64,000 bases of DNA, from assembly GCF_001194135.2 (NCBI RefSeq), contig NC_068984.1, positions 130,479,744-130,543,743 on the forward strand. Reading direction: 5' to 3'. Position numbers and translations under genes: made by a program. This DNA is from Octopus bimaculoides. Lineage: Eukaryota. The first letter of the stretch is position 1. Each line of letters opens with the position of its first letter. The notes under the pieces were generated by a model, which was given only the letters and a program-made list of their open reading frames with translations, did not search any database and was not told the DNA's origin. Of this stretch, positions 1 through 14,743 are shown piece by piece.

Positions 1-2507
1 TGATCTCATAACATAAAGAGTTAGAAAAACTACTGCAAAGCATTTTGTCCAACACTAAAGATTTTTCCAATCCACTACCTGAAATCATAGTAATGTAAGA
101 CCATCTTTGTCACATAGAAGCTGAATCTTTTTGCACCTACAAAGTAATTTACAGCTAACTGAACGATTTTGTACATTTCCACTTGCATCAGATAATGAAT
201 TCAAACATAGATTTTAGAAGCCAAAATGCATTTTGCATGATCCAGACACAAACACGTTATGAAAAAGAGAAAACTGATGACATCATTTTGTCTAAAAAAG
301 AAAGCAGGATACTCCCATTCATATTTTGAATTTCTGTGTCTTTTTTTTCACTTTTCATTTTGAACCCAAGAAAGACAAACATGCTATCAAAAAATTGGTC
401 AATTCAATAAACAGACTCAATCCCTTATCACGCTCTTCTTATTGCCTATTATTGTTGTTGTGGGGTTCCTTGATTATCCCTAGGGGTCATCCTTTATCAG
501 GAGGACATCTCTATCATCCCCACTCCCTTTTTTTCTAACCTTTATATACTATGTATATTTCCCTTCATTTTCATTCTATAGTATGTATACTCACTCTTAT
601 TTATTTATTTTACCTTTTCATTATATGTAAACCCCTACACTTTATGTCTGTCTTGTACTGTCCCTTCAACCTTTGCATTGATGGCAAATAAATGAAATCA
701 TCATTATTATTATGTAATCTTATGTTTATTGCTTGCTTTCACAGAACAGTAACATAGTTCACTGGGCCTTAAGTATGGGCTGTGGTTTGCTTTTGGTGTT
801 GTTATTTTTACTGTATTAAGAGTGCACTGCATAGGACAAGTGGAGTGTCTAGTAATGCTAGTTTGTCTATGTTATAAATACTTGTTAGTCCTGGGGTTTT
901 GGTCACTTATTTGTCTCTATGCTTTTTGACTAAACCTAAAACACCTATTATCATAGAGATTGTTTCTGTCTTCAGGTTCCATGCAGTTACATAAGCTCTA
1001 TTATTGTGTGTGTGAATATGCTTGCAAGCACCTCTGTGAACAGGTGAGGGACAATAGCTTCAGACAGCCCACTTCTCTCTCTCCCTCTTTAAACATAGGC
1101 TTAGGAGCAGGGGATGCAGGGGTGCAAGTGCACCCCCTAAATTATAATTTTTTTTTGGTAGGGGTTGATGAAAATGCTTAGATTATTCTCCCGAAAAATT
1201 GGGTTTGCATCCCACTAAGCAAATTTCATTCACACACTTATGTCTTAAATATGTATATATATGTATGTATGTGTTTGGTATGTATGTATGTATGTATGTT
1301 TTGTATGTAAGTGTATGTGTGTCTGTCTATTTGTCCAACTGTATGTATATATGTACTTATGTGCACATGCATGTGCATATATATGCATTGAAAAGTAAAT
1401 AAGCAACTGAGATTCAATGACATCCTCTAAAACTATTTCCTGAAATTCTATCTTCTCTAAGATTCCAGTTCAGATTACACTAGACACATATTTATTTCAG
1501 TTATATACCCACCCATGTGTATATACTAAAGCCACAGCTGCCTGCACGAGAAGCATAATGATCAATCAAGCAAACAGTCAATACCACAACCACCACCACC
1601 ACCACTGGTGATGTGATGTGTCTCTGAAAACACACATCTCACATTGAGATATGAAATACTGCTGAAATTGGCAGGAGCATTGCATGTTGAATTCAAATTT
1701 TGGCACAAGGCCAGCAATTTCAAGGAAGCGGGTAAATCAATTATGTCAACCCCAGTGCTCAACTGGGGCTTATTTTATTGACTCCGACAGGATGAAAGGC
1801 AAAGTTGACCTTGATGGCATTTGAACTCTGAGCATTGGATGAAATGTTACTAAGCATTTTTCCCAGTGTGCTAACAATTCTGCCACCTCACTGCCCCAAG
1901 AGCTTTGTATATTAGCAATATGTGAAGTTAACTTGAAAAGGTGAGCCTAAATTGTAGCAGGTTTATAATGTGAAGAATGAGAGACTTCAATAGTTTTAAT
2001 TTCCCAACATATCTACACTCTCTGAGTGGTTGGCATTAGGAAGGGCATCCAGCTGTAGAAACTCTGCCAAATCAGATTGGAGCCTGGTGTAGCCATCTGG
2101 TTTCACCAGTCCTCAGTCAAATCGTCCAACCCATGCTAGCATGGAAAGCGGACGTTAAACGACAATGATGATATACAGGTGCAGGTGTGACTTCCCAACC
2201 ATATGGTTCTGAGTTCAGTTCCACTGCAAGGTACCTTGGGCAAGCATCTTCTATTATATATATAAATTATATATATAAATATCTTTTAAATTAATTTATG
2301 GTAACGGTAAAGGCATGCACATAAAGTTCCTATTTTATTATGCTGGCTACCATCTAATGATACTGACTAGTGAGTCAGTTTTTTTGGGGTTACATCATAG
2401 TTATACCAATATAATGTAGGATAAATATAATAATAACAATGATTCTTGCCAGCTCCTGTCGAATCATCTAAGGCATGTTAGCATGGAAGAAGGTCATTAA
2501 ATGATGA

Positions 2508-2544
<37 letters not shown>

Positions 2545-3109
2545 GCACACTAGCTGTTTGTTAATGTAACCAGATAAACATTTACATGAAGATTGTTATA
2601 AAACAAGAAATACATAATACTGTAAAATTGTAAAAATACAAAAATAAAATGTGAAAACCAGGCTATATTCGAGTTTGATTCACTAACATATTTATCTATA
2701 TGTATAGTTTGTTTATTAGTTTTTACAAATCCCAATTTTATATATATTATTCAGTACTAAAATNNNNNNNNNNNNNNNNNNNNNNNNNNNNNNNNNNNNN
2801 NNNNNNNNNNNNNNNNNNNNNNNNNNNNNNNNNNNNNNNNNNNNNNNNNNNNNNNNNNNNNNNNNNNNNNNNNNNNNNNNNNNNNNNNNNNNNNNNNNNN
2901 NNNNNNNNNNNNNNNNNNNNNNNNNNNNNNNNNNNNNNNNNNNNNNNNNNNNNNNNNNNNNNNNNNNNNNNNNNNNNNNNNNNNNNNNNNNNNNNNNNNN
3001 NNNNNNNNNNNNNNNNNNNNNNNNNNNNNNNNNNNNNNNNNNNNNNNNNNNNNNNNNNNNNNNNNNNNNNNNNNNNNNNNNNNNNNNNNNNNNNNNNNNN
3101 NNNNNNNNN

Positions 3110-3144
<35 letters not shown>

Positions 3145-4379
3145 AGAAGGGAGAGGGTGAAAAAATATTTGGATTTGTTAATGATGTTATATTGGTTTCA
3201 TTGTTGAAGCTCCTTCATGTAAATGCAACAGAGTTCACACACACACACACAAAGAAGTTCATCATGCATTTTTAAAAAAATGATGTTATATAGCAGACTA
3301 TCATTGCTACAGCAGTACTGTAGTAACACATTCTGAACAGACATAATGTGTCCTTAGAGAGACAGAAACATCAGGACACATTGACAAATTTAAATCTTAG
3401 TACACATACACACACAAAGACTATATTCAACGTGGAAAATTAAATTACTGCTATTGATGATGACAGTGATGACTATCAGAACTTAGAACTGGAACTAAAT
3501 GATATGCCTGAGCTATAATATGAAAATAATATTAGAGAAACATGAAAAGACATTGTGTAAACAAGTAGTATATGAAATTCTAATATAGATATATGGCCAT
3601 AAATATTAGAGGAGAATCTGGTTGGCTAAATTAACATAAATATTTGTTAGGCACTTCCTTTAACCACCTCAGAAAGATTAATGGTAAACTCAGCCAAGAC
3701 AGGATTTGAATTTAATACACAAAGAGATGTAACTAAAATATCGCTAAAACTATTTTGTGAGAGACTCAAGTGATTCTACCAACCCACCACCCATCTGAGT
3801 ACAATGTTGAAAGACTATACCAACATGTTGGTTACTATGCAATGCCATTGTCAGTCTGTGTGAGTAAATGTGTATTAAAAAGCAGGCATAGCAAACACTT
3901 TGCAAAAATGTGGTTTCATGTTCTGTTCCACTGTGCGACACCTTGGGTAGGTGTCTTCTACTTTAGCCCCAAACTGGCAAATGCCTTGTGAGTGAATTTG
4001 GTAGACAGAAACTGGAAGCCCATCGTAAAAACGTGTATGTGTACTTAGGAAATTAGAACAATTACTATTTCAAATTCAACTCATCTCCTTATTTGGCATT
4101 TGATTAGATTTTTTTTTCATATCTTTTGTACTGGCGGTTTTTTTTTATATACTCACCAGTCAGTGGGATATGCAATAACCTCAGCAAACTGAGGCAAGCA
4201 TAGCTATATATCAAGTAAGTGGTATTGTGCATGCGGGTAAGAGTACTAACACAGTAGAGATATTGTAGTCGCAAGGTTGTCATTATTAACTTACCATCGT
4301 AACCTCAAGCATCGTATTTCAAATATCACACACATTCACAACTGGATGTGTATGTGTACACACAAAATTGAAAGTTTAT

Positions 4380-6495
4380 TTAATTCTATTGCAACACCCT
4401 CCCTTCATTTGGGAAACATCAAACGTTATACGAACTCGCAACGTATCAACCTTTAAGTTCATCACATTTATTTTCCGAATGTCAAAAAACCACGTAAGTA
4501 AAATATATAAGAAGGGAAGTAACTGTTAAGTTGTCATCGGGAACATCAGATAGTTTTATTGCAGAGTAGCCTCCCTTGTACACAAAAAAAACTCGAGAGA
4601 AAAAGAATCATTGATTATTTTTGTATGTTTGCGTGCGTCTATGTGTAAGTGCTTGCGCGCGTATATTTTACGTGCATGTGCTGCAATTAGTAATACTTAT
4701 CAACCAAAAGCATAGCGACTTGAAATCTGTGGTGCAAACAAATAAAAAAAAAAACCCCGAAAAATACGAAAGAAACAAGCGGTAAAAAAAATTGACTCCT
4801 GAGACGCGTCACCTGTGTAAAAGTAACAAGCTTCAGATGCATTTTAAATGATTTGTTCTTATAAAGTTCGATGCAGAAAAAACAAACAAACAAACAAACA
4901 AACAAAAAATAACAAAACAAAATTAAAACAAACAAGATTGCATGCTGGGATACTTCAATGAGTGGAACACGTTATACTCAGATATGCCCGTGATGCTACA
5001 AAGCAGACGTTCAATATTAGTCCAAGAAGTGTAATGTCTTATTTGCCGTTCAACCTAAACGTGGTTGGTACTTTGACACATGCAGCAGTACTTAAGAAGA
5101 GTACAGCGGTGTATGCTTAGAGTGCACAAATGACATATACTTGTACTCACTGGAGTGACCAAAACGGTTTTGTACCTTGGTATATACTCAACTCGAAAGA
5201 TATTGCATTGAAGTACACGCTGTAGTGCACACGTGGTGCAACATGCATGCGTATTTTTTAAGAAACACTGCAGCACACGCCAATATTTGAAGAAGAATGC
5301 AATCTTTACATGCAAGCAAATGCAACAAAATTGTGTGTGCATGCATATGTGAGCACATACACTTCTGTGTGTGTTTGTATATAAGGAATATTACATAGTA
5401 CTATACACACACACACACATATACATATTATCCGTAAACAAGATTATTATTGTAGCTGGCCAAAACTTCAAAGTTACTGTCAATATTCTTGTTTAATAAT
5501 AATAATAATAAATTTGTACTCTACAAAAGACTAGAGTAACCCATCAGATGTATGTGTGTACATATATATACTGTAAATAGAAATTGCAAAAACAGTGTAT
5601 ATACTAGGCACAGTAGTAGCGAGATAGAGTGTATACAAGGAGTATTGTACATACAGTGGTGTTGTAGTGTATACATTGTGAAAATAGCAGAGATATGACA
5701 CTGTAACTATGTTTGTGTATGTATACACACATACACTCACACACAAATATATAAATATATACACACACACACACATATATGCATCTATATATACAGGTAG
5801 ATGTAAGTATGTACATACATGTACGTATATATGCATATACTCATTTATTATTTGTATTACATGACCGAACGCTAAGCGTCCTCCTTGCAAGTAAGTTTTT
5901 AAACTATATTTTTCTGACGCGACTCTATCTACCTTTGTATCTTTCTCTCTCGTTCTTCCATCTGCTGTTCTCCGCCTCTCTCCTTCTCTACTATATCTCT
6001 TTCTTTCTCCCTGTCTCTCTTTGCACACCTATATTCTACTTCCTCCCCTTTCTTCTCCCCCTACCACTCTTTCTCCTACCCTTCCCTGGTCACGTTTCTA
6101 ACTACTTATCTTTCTTTCATATCTTCGCTTTCGCGAGGCTAGCACGAACAATTCTTCGTCTCCTTTCCAGTTCGTTGCTTCACAGAGTTCAGCACATATA
6201 TTTTTTCACGTCTGGCCGTATAGCCTTCTTGTTTGTTCTCTCTGTTTCGTTTTCCTGTTTTGTTTTGTCTGTCACTGCATTCCTCCACGTTACAAATTTA
6301 ATTTGAATTAAATTTACTTTTAATTTAATTTGTGGTCCGTGGGAAGAGCCATTTTAACGATGCGTCCTGCCCTACTCTTCAAAACACATGTGTTAGAAGG
6401 GGGCAGCTGATGAAGGAGATGTTCTCTATGTGGCCTGTGTGTTTTCTGTACTCGTTTATCATTTTGTCCACGTTTTTTGCAACGTCCTGTACCCA
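4380..6495. promoter_or_regulatory. CpG-enriched, promoter-like region
   Basis: CpG is visibly much denser than in the CpG-poor surroundings, outside any recognisable repeat (4380-5300 and 5860-6495). Confidence 0.4.
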
Positions 6496-6574
6496 GATAT
6501 GCATCTATATATACAGGTAGATGTAAGTATGTACATACATGTACGTATATATGCATATACTCATTTATTATTTG

Positions 6575-6618
<44 letters not shown>

Positions 6619-9016
6619 CATTGATGTGACAGCATAGATGACAGGTTTAAATGATGTTCCAGAAAACTTTGAGAACAACACAAACCTCTAAAATTTGCAT
6701 TATTTTTTTTATCTGACCCATCATATCAAGATTGTTGTTGTTGATGATCATGATGATGCTGATGGTGCTGTTGAGGATGAGGATATCCATCAAAATCTAA
6801 GCAAGGCCAACTATCACACTTCAGGTGGGGAATAAGAAAATGTGAGAGGAAACTAGCAATGATCTACATTGGCACAAAAACCAGTTGAAATTCATAAAAC
6901 ACATTATGGTCATGTGCTGTGAAGGAGAGGGTAGTTCTGATGTTTCACATAAGGACCTTTTATGAATGCATCTTCAGAGGTGCAGGCATGGCAGTTGTGC
7001 TTAAGAAGTTTGACTTGCAGCAATATGGTTTCAGGTTCACTCCCACAGCACACCATCTTGGGCATCTGTCTTCTACTACAACAAGCCTGAGGCTAACCAA
7101 TGCTTTGTGATTGAATGTGGTGGATGGAAACTGTCTGGAAGCTCATTATGTGTGTGTGTGTACTGATGGCTTAACTGGCTGAAACTTCAAAGTCACTGTC
7201 AACAATATTCTTGATTGAGAATAAACTTGTACTCTACAAAAGTATGGAGTAGCCCTTCAGACTAATGTATACTAAACATAAAAATAAACACCAAACCATC
7301 AAGTGTCTCAGTCCCATCATCCCCTCTGTGAGTCCCAGCATCAGTAGATCGATTCTCACCACTTCATCTTGGGTCTACCCCTTCCACATGTTCCCTCTAC
7401 AATTAGAGATTGGCACCTCTTGATGCAACTATCTTCATTCATATGCATTACATGGCCATACCAGTGCAGTTTTCTCTCTTGCACACTACATCTGATGCTA
7501 TCTATACCCAGTTTTTCTCACTTCTCTTGCCTGGGTTTCAGCAACAAAGACTGCTGCTTCTTTTGGATTTTGGTTCAAAGTATAATGGTTTCAAACTTTG
7601 GCACAAGGCTGCTAATTTTATGGGGAGGGGAGATGCTAATTACATAAATCTCAGTGCTCAGCTGGTACTTATTTTATCGATTCTGAAAATATGAAAGGGA
7701 AAACCAACTGTGATGGAATTTGAACTCGGAATAGAAAGAACTGGAAGAAATGCTGCCAGCTCACCACTTCGTTTCCTCTAAATTCATTTGCTGTCTCTAT
7801 CAATCTTCAAACATATCCATCCATTAGCAACTGTTCAGCTATCTCTCTCCTTGCATTGAGCACATCTATCTTACGCCACCCTTTTCTGAAGTCACTTTCC
7901 TCAATGTTCACAACTCTTGTAGGCTCTCATACTCCTATGGCATAAAAACTGCAGAAACAGAATCCAAATTTTTATTTGATGCCATTTTAAACTTTCTGCA
8001 ACATTTAGTATTTTTACTCCTTATATATCATTGACATTTCAAACCCTCTTCACTTATTTCTTACAACTAAACCTAACCCTTATCCACACATTATGGGTTC
8101 TTTACTCATTAAATCATTTGATCATTGACCAATCAAATGAAACACACCTCACACTTTACCAGACTCCAGCCTTAAACCCTCTGGTACCAAATCAGCTAAC
8201 TTGGCTGGAGTTTTGTGAGTTTTAGCTGACTACTTTGGGCAGCAAATAGGAACCACCTATAAATCCAACAGAGAGCTAAGTTAGACCATTTTTGTTGCTC
8301 CAGGAAAATTTCTTCATGCCAAAAGGGTTAAAAAGGAATGATGAAACCTGGCTGGAGAGGTGACACATGGGTTTGAAATAGGTGCCTGGTTGCCTTTGTG
8401 GAAACTCAACCTGCATGATTCCACAATTTGAATGGTGCTGATGATTTTGAAAGGAACCTAAGACTGAATAGATCAGTTGGTCCAGTAGTCAGGGCCTATT
8501 ATCACTGAGGGGCTGGTGTGCTGTAAAGCTTCGAAACTGTACATTCTTTCTTGATGATCCCTAAAACCCACTGGTCTCTGTTTAAGTAAGCTGTTTCCAA
8601 GTCTCTTATACACACACACACATATATATACACTCAAGGGTCAGCAATGAACAGAGTACCTCCAGATATGGGTTAAAGAAATAAACAATTATACAAATAA
8701 ACAAAACAAATATAGATATAATTAATAAAAAAAAATCAAATGAATATGTCAAAAACCAAATAAAAATGTAACAAAACAAACAAGAAAAATTTTAATAATT
8801 GCAAAAAATAAAAAAGAGAAAAACCTTCAACAACAAATTATGCATAAAGCAAAGGATAAAAGCGGCTTATTGCTGTTGTTGTTGTTGTTGTTGGCGGTGA
8901 TGATAATTATGATGATGCAGTGGTTGTTATTGATGCTGTTGTTGCTATGAGGGTGAGAGGATGATTGGTGAAACATACAGTGTGGTGGTAAGATGGCACA
9001 GGGGGGAAAAACTTAC

Positions 9017-9037
9017 CTCCCGTATGAATATCTTTGT
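9017..9037 (-). CDS. ASAP: 21-nt microexon B (DKDIHTG)
   Basis: ctcttttcattttctgccctcag|ACAAAGATATTCATACGGGAG|gtaagt; phase 1-1, open; 14/21 nt identical to microexon A with the same acceptor. Confidence 0.68.
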
Positions 9038-12000
9038 CTGAGGGCAGAAAATGAAAAGAGTACAGGGTAAGATACAAAGTAAGTTATCAAAGAAATGCTA
9101 CAAGAAGAAGAAGAAGAAAAAGGCAAAAAAATTATAAAAAAAAACAGAGAAAACAACAAAAATAATTCAACCTGCAAAAATGGATGATGAATTTCATCAG
9201 TTTAACATTAGACGAAATAACAGAATGCAAATTTCAGAAGACAGACATATTTGCAATGAAACTGAAAGAGTTTTATATACGTGGAAGTCAGCCTGAACTA
9301 TGGAGAGAGAGAGACAGCCATTTACAGACAAGACTTAACGAAAGAAAAGCTATGCTGAAGAAATTTTTTTTGTCATTGCATGCAAATCTTCTATGTGATA
9401 ATGTGAAGAATTAGCCAAAACCAAAATATTAATACTATCCACTCAAACTAAATTGCCAAACCCTCATACGTTGTCTAACGACAGGAGAGTCCATCATATA
9501 TATACACACACACACATAGTGTAAGCGTGTACAAATCTATGTTTCTCAATGTAACAGAATCTGTGATAATCTATTATTATAGCTCCTTGGTATATACAAA
9601 TGTTTATTTTTGTCTGTAGTTCAAACTCTTGTTCTGTGAATTCACTAGCATAAGTTTAACATAGCTGTATTCCATTACAGGTAGAGAGATTTGAACTGAA
9701 TAGGATTGGAACCATTTCTTCCACATTGTTAATTTAATAAGTCTCAGTTGCTGGAGTGTCTAAAAATGTTTTATATTTTTACAGTATCGAGTGTGGTATG
9801 AGATCTGTTCAGTTTGGCAAGTATGTGAATCAATATTCGAAGAGCAAAAACAGAAAAAAAAAAAAAAAAAAAAAAAAAAAATTCATAAACATGTATATTC
9901 ATAGCAAAAGGAACACATATCTAGATATACCTAGCAACTTAATAATATATATATATATAACCTTTGAAAGGTATGAATTATTTAATTATGTAGCATAAAT
10001 AAATTCACAAACAGAATGAAGTTGGTACAAAAGTCTTGGCATTTCTTTCACTTCTTTGTAGTTTAGACATTTTTTTTTATTTGTATAGCATCCATTTCAA
10101 ATATATCACAATATTGTTACCTTCAAAATCATCAGTGATGGAGAGAAGATTCACATACCAATACAACTGAGGTGGAAATCAAATTTAGCATTCTAAATTC
10201 ATACAAGACCAAACAAAGTAAACAAAAGGCCATGATGACTGAGATAGTTATTTCAAAATCATATAATATTATTTATCTCTAGAATAGACAGAAAGCTTTC
10301 ATTTTGTTGGTGGTGGTGGTGGGGAGAGATAAAGATGTAAAGTTGATTAAATTAATTCCAGTATGAACTGGTCCTTATTTGCGTTAATTGAATGTGCAAT
10401 TTCTTTATATATTATGCAATGACAAAAAAAAAAAAAATTAAACAACACAAGAGGGACAAATTTTAACAAATGTTATATCAGTCTATCACTTAAAAGGAAA
10501 GGAAAGTGTTTTGATGTTTTGAACACTAGTCCTTCACCAGGAGAGATAAAAGAATGACTAAAATATAAAGGAGAAAAAGTGATAGGAAAGAAAACGTTTC
10601 GGAGGCAGGTGGGAATGTGGTTCTATGGAATGGTAATTGGGAATAGAGTGTATTTTTTTTCATGGATAATGTTCTGAAGAATACTCTAATTCTTCCACTT
10701 CACTTTCTATCTAAATCCTTAGAAACTTTTCCTTCTGACTATTTGAGGCTTCAGTATATTAAATTCTCCGTTTGTGAAGGAGAGAAATCAGAACCAGCAG
10801 TGTGTATGCTAAGAACTGAGTGATAAAGTTGCTACAATGAGGAGAACAAGAACTAACAAGACTTTTGCAACGACTCACATGCATGCATATATACATATAT
10901 ATACATACATATATACAACCTGAAAAGATTAAGGTCTGAGTAAATGAACAATGAACAGTTATTAGGAAAAAAAAAGAATTACTTCAGTTATAGTAAAACA
11001 TCTGGGTTGTTTCCTTAAGAAGAGAGAAATGGGGACAAAACAAAAAACAAAAACAAAATAAATTTCTAACTAAATAACATCCATGGCTAATTCATACAAG
11101 CATATTAACCCTTTTGAAAGCCACCTTCCCAAGACTGCCTTTGGATCTACGATACAAAATCCCCCTTGTTTTAATATTTAATATAAATCCTCTGACCATC
11201 ATTTTACATATGAAGCTTTTTGTTATGTTCCAAACGCCAGATTAATAATAATAACAAAGTTATTTTACTAAATCCCTTCAAATTCTTGTAATTAAAAAAA
11301 AAAATTCTCAAGCACATAGGCAGTGTATTTCAATCAAAATATGGCCACGAAAGGGTTAAATGTTTACAATATCAATGTAGTACAACTGTGACAGACAAGC
11401 CAACAAAAGAGAACATCTAAATTCTACAAAAACCCTTGGCCATTTCAATAAAGCTGGCTACCGAATGTCCATTAATAAATTAATAAACAGCCAATAAACA
11501 TTCCCAGATAATTTGGTGCCTATTCTCACCTGATGGTTCATGAAACTGAAGTTATGTAGAATAGAGTCTTCTGCCCCAGAAACTCAATGAAACTACTATA
11601 GCAAATTTGAACTTATGAAATCTACTCTGTCATAATGGCAGAAATATGAAAACTCATCTAGCAATACCAGCCTAAGATGGACTAGTGACTACCATAGCTT
11701 TAGTGAAATATCTTGGTAATTTCTAAAAGGTTAGGCAAGTTGTTGTATCCACAAATGTAACACAGAAAGCAGTAGATTAACGTAAAAAGGAAAATGTGTC
11801 AACATATGCAGTCAATACACACAGTTCTATATCGACTGTATTTGGCAACAGATAGTTTTCTTTATGCCAGCCAATACAAACAGCCAATGAGGGAACCACA
11901 ATGTGGTAGCTAGAAATAACAACCAAATGTCCATCAAATCACAGCCTAAAGAAGAAAACATTGGACAATATAATATCTGATATACAAAATGATGGATCGG

Positions 12001-14483
12001 CCACAGCTACAGCATTTTTTACCATAAGTCTGTTTGATCAAGAGATGATCCAGAACTAAACAACAAGAACCTAAAGCATAGACAGGCATTAGTCCTATAA
12101 ACAATTAACCTATGTATCTGTGTTGTGCTTATATGGTCAACCAGCTTATTATGTATTTGTTGTATTTACAACAATTACAGTAAGTTCGCAACAGTAGATG
12201 AGAAAGGTTAAAAGTTCAGACATCTCTTGTATCTGAATATCATAGTTTACCAGAGTTATTCTGGCAGTTCACTATAAAATTGTCCCTGATATTGAACTGG
12301 TAGTCACCTCAAATAGTCCTGACCATGTGCTACCATGCAAAATGCATGCAATTTGATAACAACATAAACATAGCAATAAAATTACAGACTGGGCAGATAA
12401 ATACAATGTGCAAATGTTGACCAGATGCATTTACATATTAATGATAAGATACAATAAAATACAACATTATTCCAACTACAAAAGACACATCACATTATTC
12501 AGTATATATTTGTGGCATCTGAATTCTCTTTGCAATTCTGCAGCTCCTAAATGGAATGGAGGTAATACTTCACATTTCTGTGAGGATCAACATGATTTGG
12601 TAGTATTGGTAATATGGGAGGCGATTGAAATTAATGACACATGTCAAAGGAGCTAACAAATTCTTCAGTTTCTCCAACAAGATTAAGTCACCAAACACAA
12701 GCCCTTACTTTTTTCACTGTTTGCAATGCAATCAGTTATGTCATGAGTTGTAGAAAGAACTTTTGTATGATAAACTTAAGGGATAAGTAGCATATTTTTT
12801 ATTAAAGATAAAACCATTCTCTGCTATCATTTCAGATGAAAGTCTGGCAAATTGTCATTCTTGAAAAGTTTGTTGAAGTTATTTTTTTTTTCAGTAATGG
12901 AATTCTTTAAGTGAACATAAATGGTCCATGGATTTAAAGGATCACCAGTGTTTTAATTGTTTAAGTTTTATCAATAATTAATTAATTAATCATGTCAGAA
13001 TGTAATAATAAATTATAAAGAACATTGTCTCAAACTGATCTGCATCATATTTGAGTTTAGTAAAAGCATCAACATGAGGGATGGTCTTTATCAGGAATGT
13101 GAATGATCTTGAAATCATACGATAATAATATGAGCATCCACCAGGTAATCTGTTGAAAAGCTCACTTGGAAATATCAAGACTCTTTGAAAAATGTTAATT
13201 ACAAATTTCGCTTAGAAACATGAAAATCATTGAAAAAATTTTAATTGTAAATATTAATGAACAATATTCAATATCAAAGATTTCTTTAAAAGAAACTGCT
13301 TCAATCTTTCTACACAATCTACCACTGTACAGGCCTTATGTTTGTTATTGTTCCAGCATTATCAATTGTATAACTAACACATGCTATGGACTTTCCTTTT
13401 CAAGACATTATTCCTACTTTTGCAAATTCAGAAGAATCAACAGTGAGAGTGGTTTCTTACTTGGCAGACAATGTTGCCTAAACAGGGTATTGCACAAGAA
13501 GTTCTTTTGTTTTGTTAAAGACCTGTTTCTGATGCAGATGTCCCAAATAGAGATAGTCCTTTTTTGCTACGAGATAAGCCTCAACTATGTCTGCAAATTT
13601 TAGTATAAACTAGTAATAATAATAATCAATCAACTCTGAACATTTTTCAATTTATTCTTTTGATTTAGTTATACTAATTCATTGAATCATAATTATTAGA
13701 TTAAACGATGGTTCAATTCCAACCTTTGAAATATTCATTTATAAGAAATCTATGTAAGATACACAAATAATGCATTTATTTGGGTTAATCAATACAGTGG
13801 CTCCTTTCTGTCTTGCAATGACTGCATTTTATTGATTCTTTAGTTTATTCTGGGCTACTACAAAAACGAGTCTGTCATTCTGATATAAAATCATGCCAAT
13901 AATTTCCTCCAATATCGACTCCATACAATGTTGGAAAAGAAAGCTGATGTTTTGAAACCCAGGAGAAGCTGATATGTATATATAAATTGCTGGAAAGGAC
14001 ACAATCTTTCATTTTGCAACTATAGTATATTACTGGTTCACAAGTCATTATCGTGTCTTATCTTGTGTTAGCAATGCAATATTTTCACTTAATAGATTTT
14101 CTAAAGAATTTAGAGCACTTACAGTGCTGGCTCTGAATTCTATAAACTTACTAGTGAAAGGCTATTTATTAAGCAAAGACAATTGCTTAATAAATATTTT
14201 CACACACTATTTCTTAGCCTTCATCTCAAACCAATTTGCCAATACACATACTTTAAATCATTTGAGAGGTAAAACTTTGCTTCTTACATATCAGTGAACA
14301 TTGTTTTAAAATGAGGATTAAAATGGGAAAATGTTCCAAGATCAAATCCTCATTCTGACTACACCGTTGCAACAAAGCTAACCATGTCTGAGATGGACAT
14401 TTTAGGTAAAATTCTTAAACAATTTAAGGGAAATGAATTTTGTAATCAGCTCACTTTTTTAATTTACCAGCTTTCTTCAACAT

Positions 14484-14743
14484 CAGTGGTTCTCAACAAT
14501 TTTTTTTACCTATGGACCCCCCTTTGATTCCTATTTTACTTGGATAGACCTTTATAGCCTTTCAATGTTTAAAAAAATCCTGTTAAATTTTTATAATTAG
14601 ATTTTAGTAGGATTTGTATTAAAAAAATTGTTAAAATATTTTGTGTATTGTAGAAGTCTAACCAATTTATTGCAGATAAATTTTAACAACAAAATCTTAT
14701 CTAGATTCCCAAGGGCCAAATGAACCCCAGTTGAGAACCACTA
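14484..14743. mobile_element. hAT/Charlie-like MITE
   Basis: TIRs CAGTGGTTCTCAAC / GTTGAGAACCACT; degenerate 8-bp TSD ttcaacat/ttctacac; truncated relative at about 54500-54600. Confidence 0.75.

Noticed and set aside
5531-6306. 165-aa and 175-aa opposing ORFs
   Set aside because: They arise from CT-rich and TA/CA low-complexity sequence; no domain signal.
7160-7205. CTGATG...GAAAC..GTC hammerhead-like motif (a similar one lies near 8505-8540)
   Set aside because: The core is incomplete and stems I and II do not pair convincingly; at best decayed remnants.
1-9016. Search for the ASAP SH3 or terminal exon
   Set aside because: No ALYD/C..ELTF..WW..GxFP-type sequence found by eye in any minus-strand frame; presumably beyond the left edge or in gap 2764-3109.
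13461-13477. 17-nt exon-like segment (tttag|GCAACATTGTCTGCCAA|gtaaga)
   Set aside because: Phase 1-to-0 would break the phase-1 chain and I found no compensating exon.
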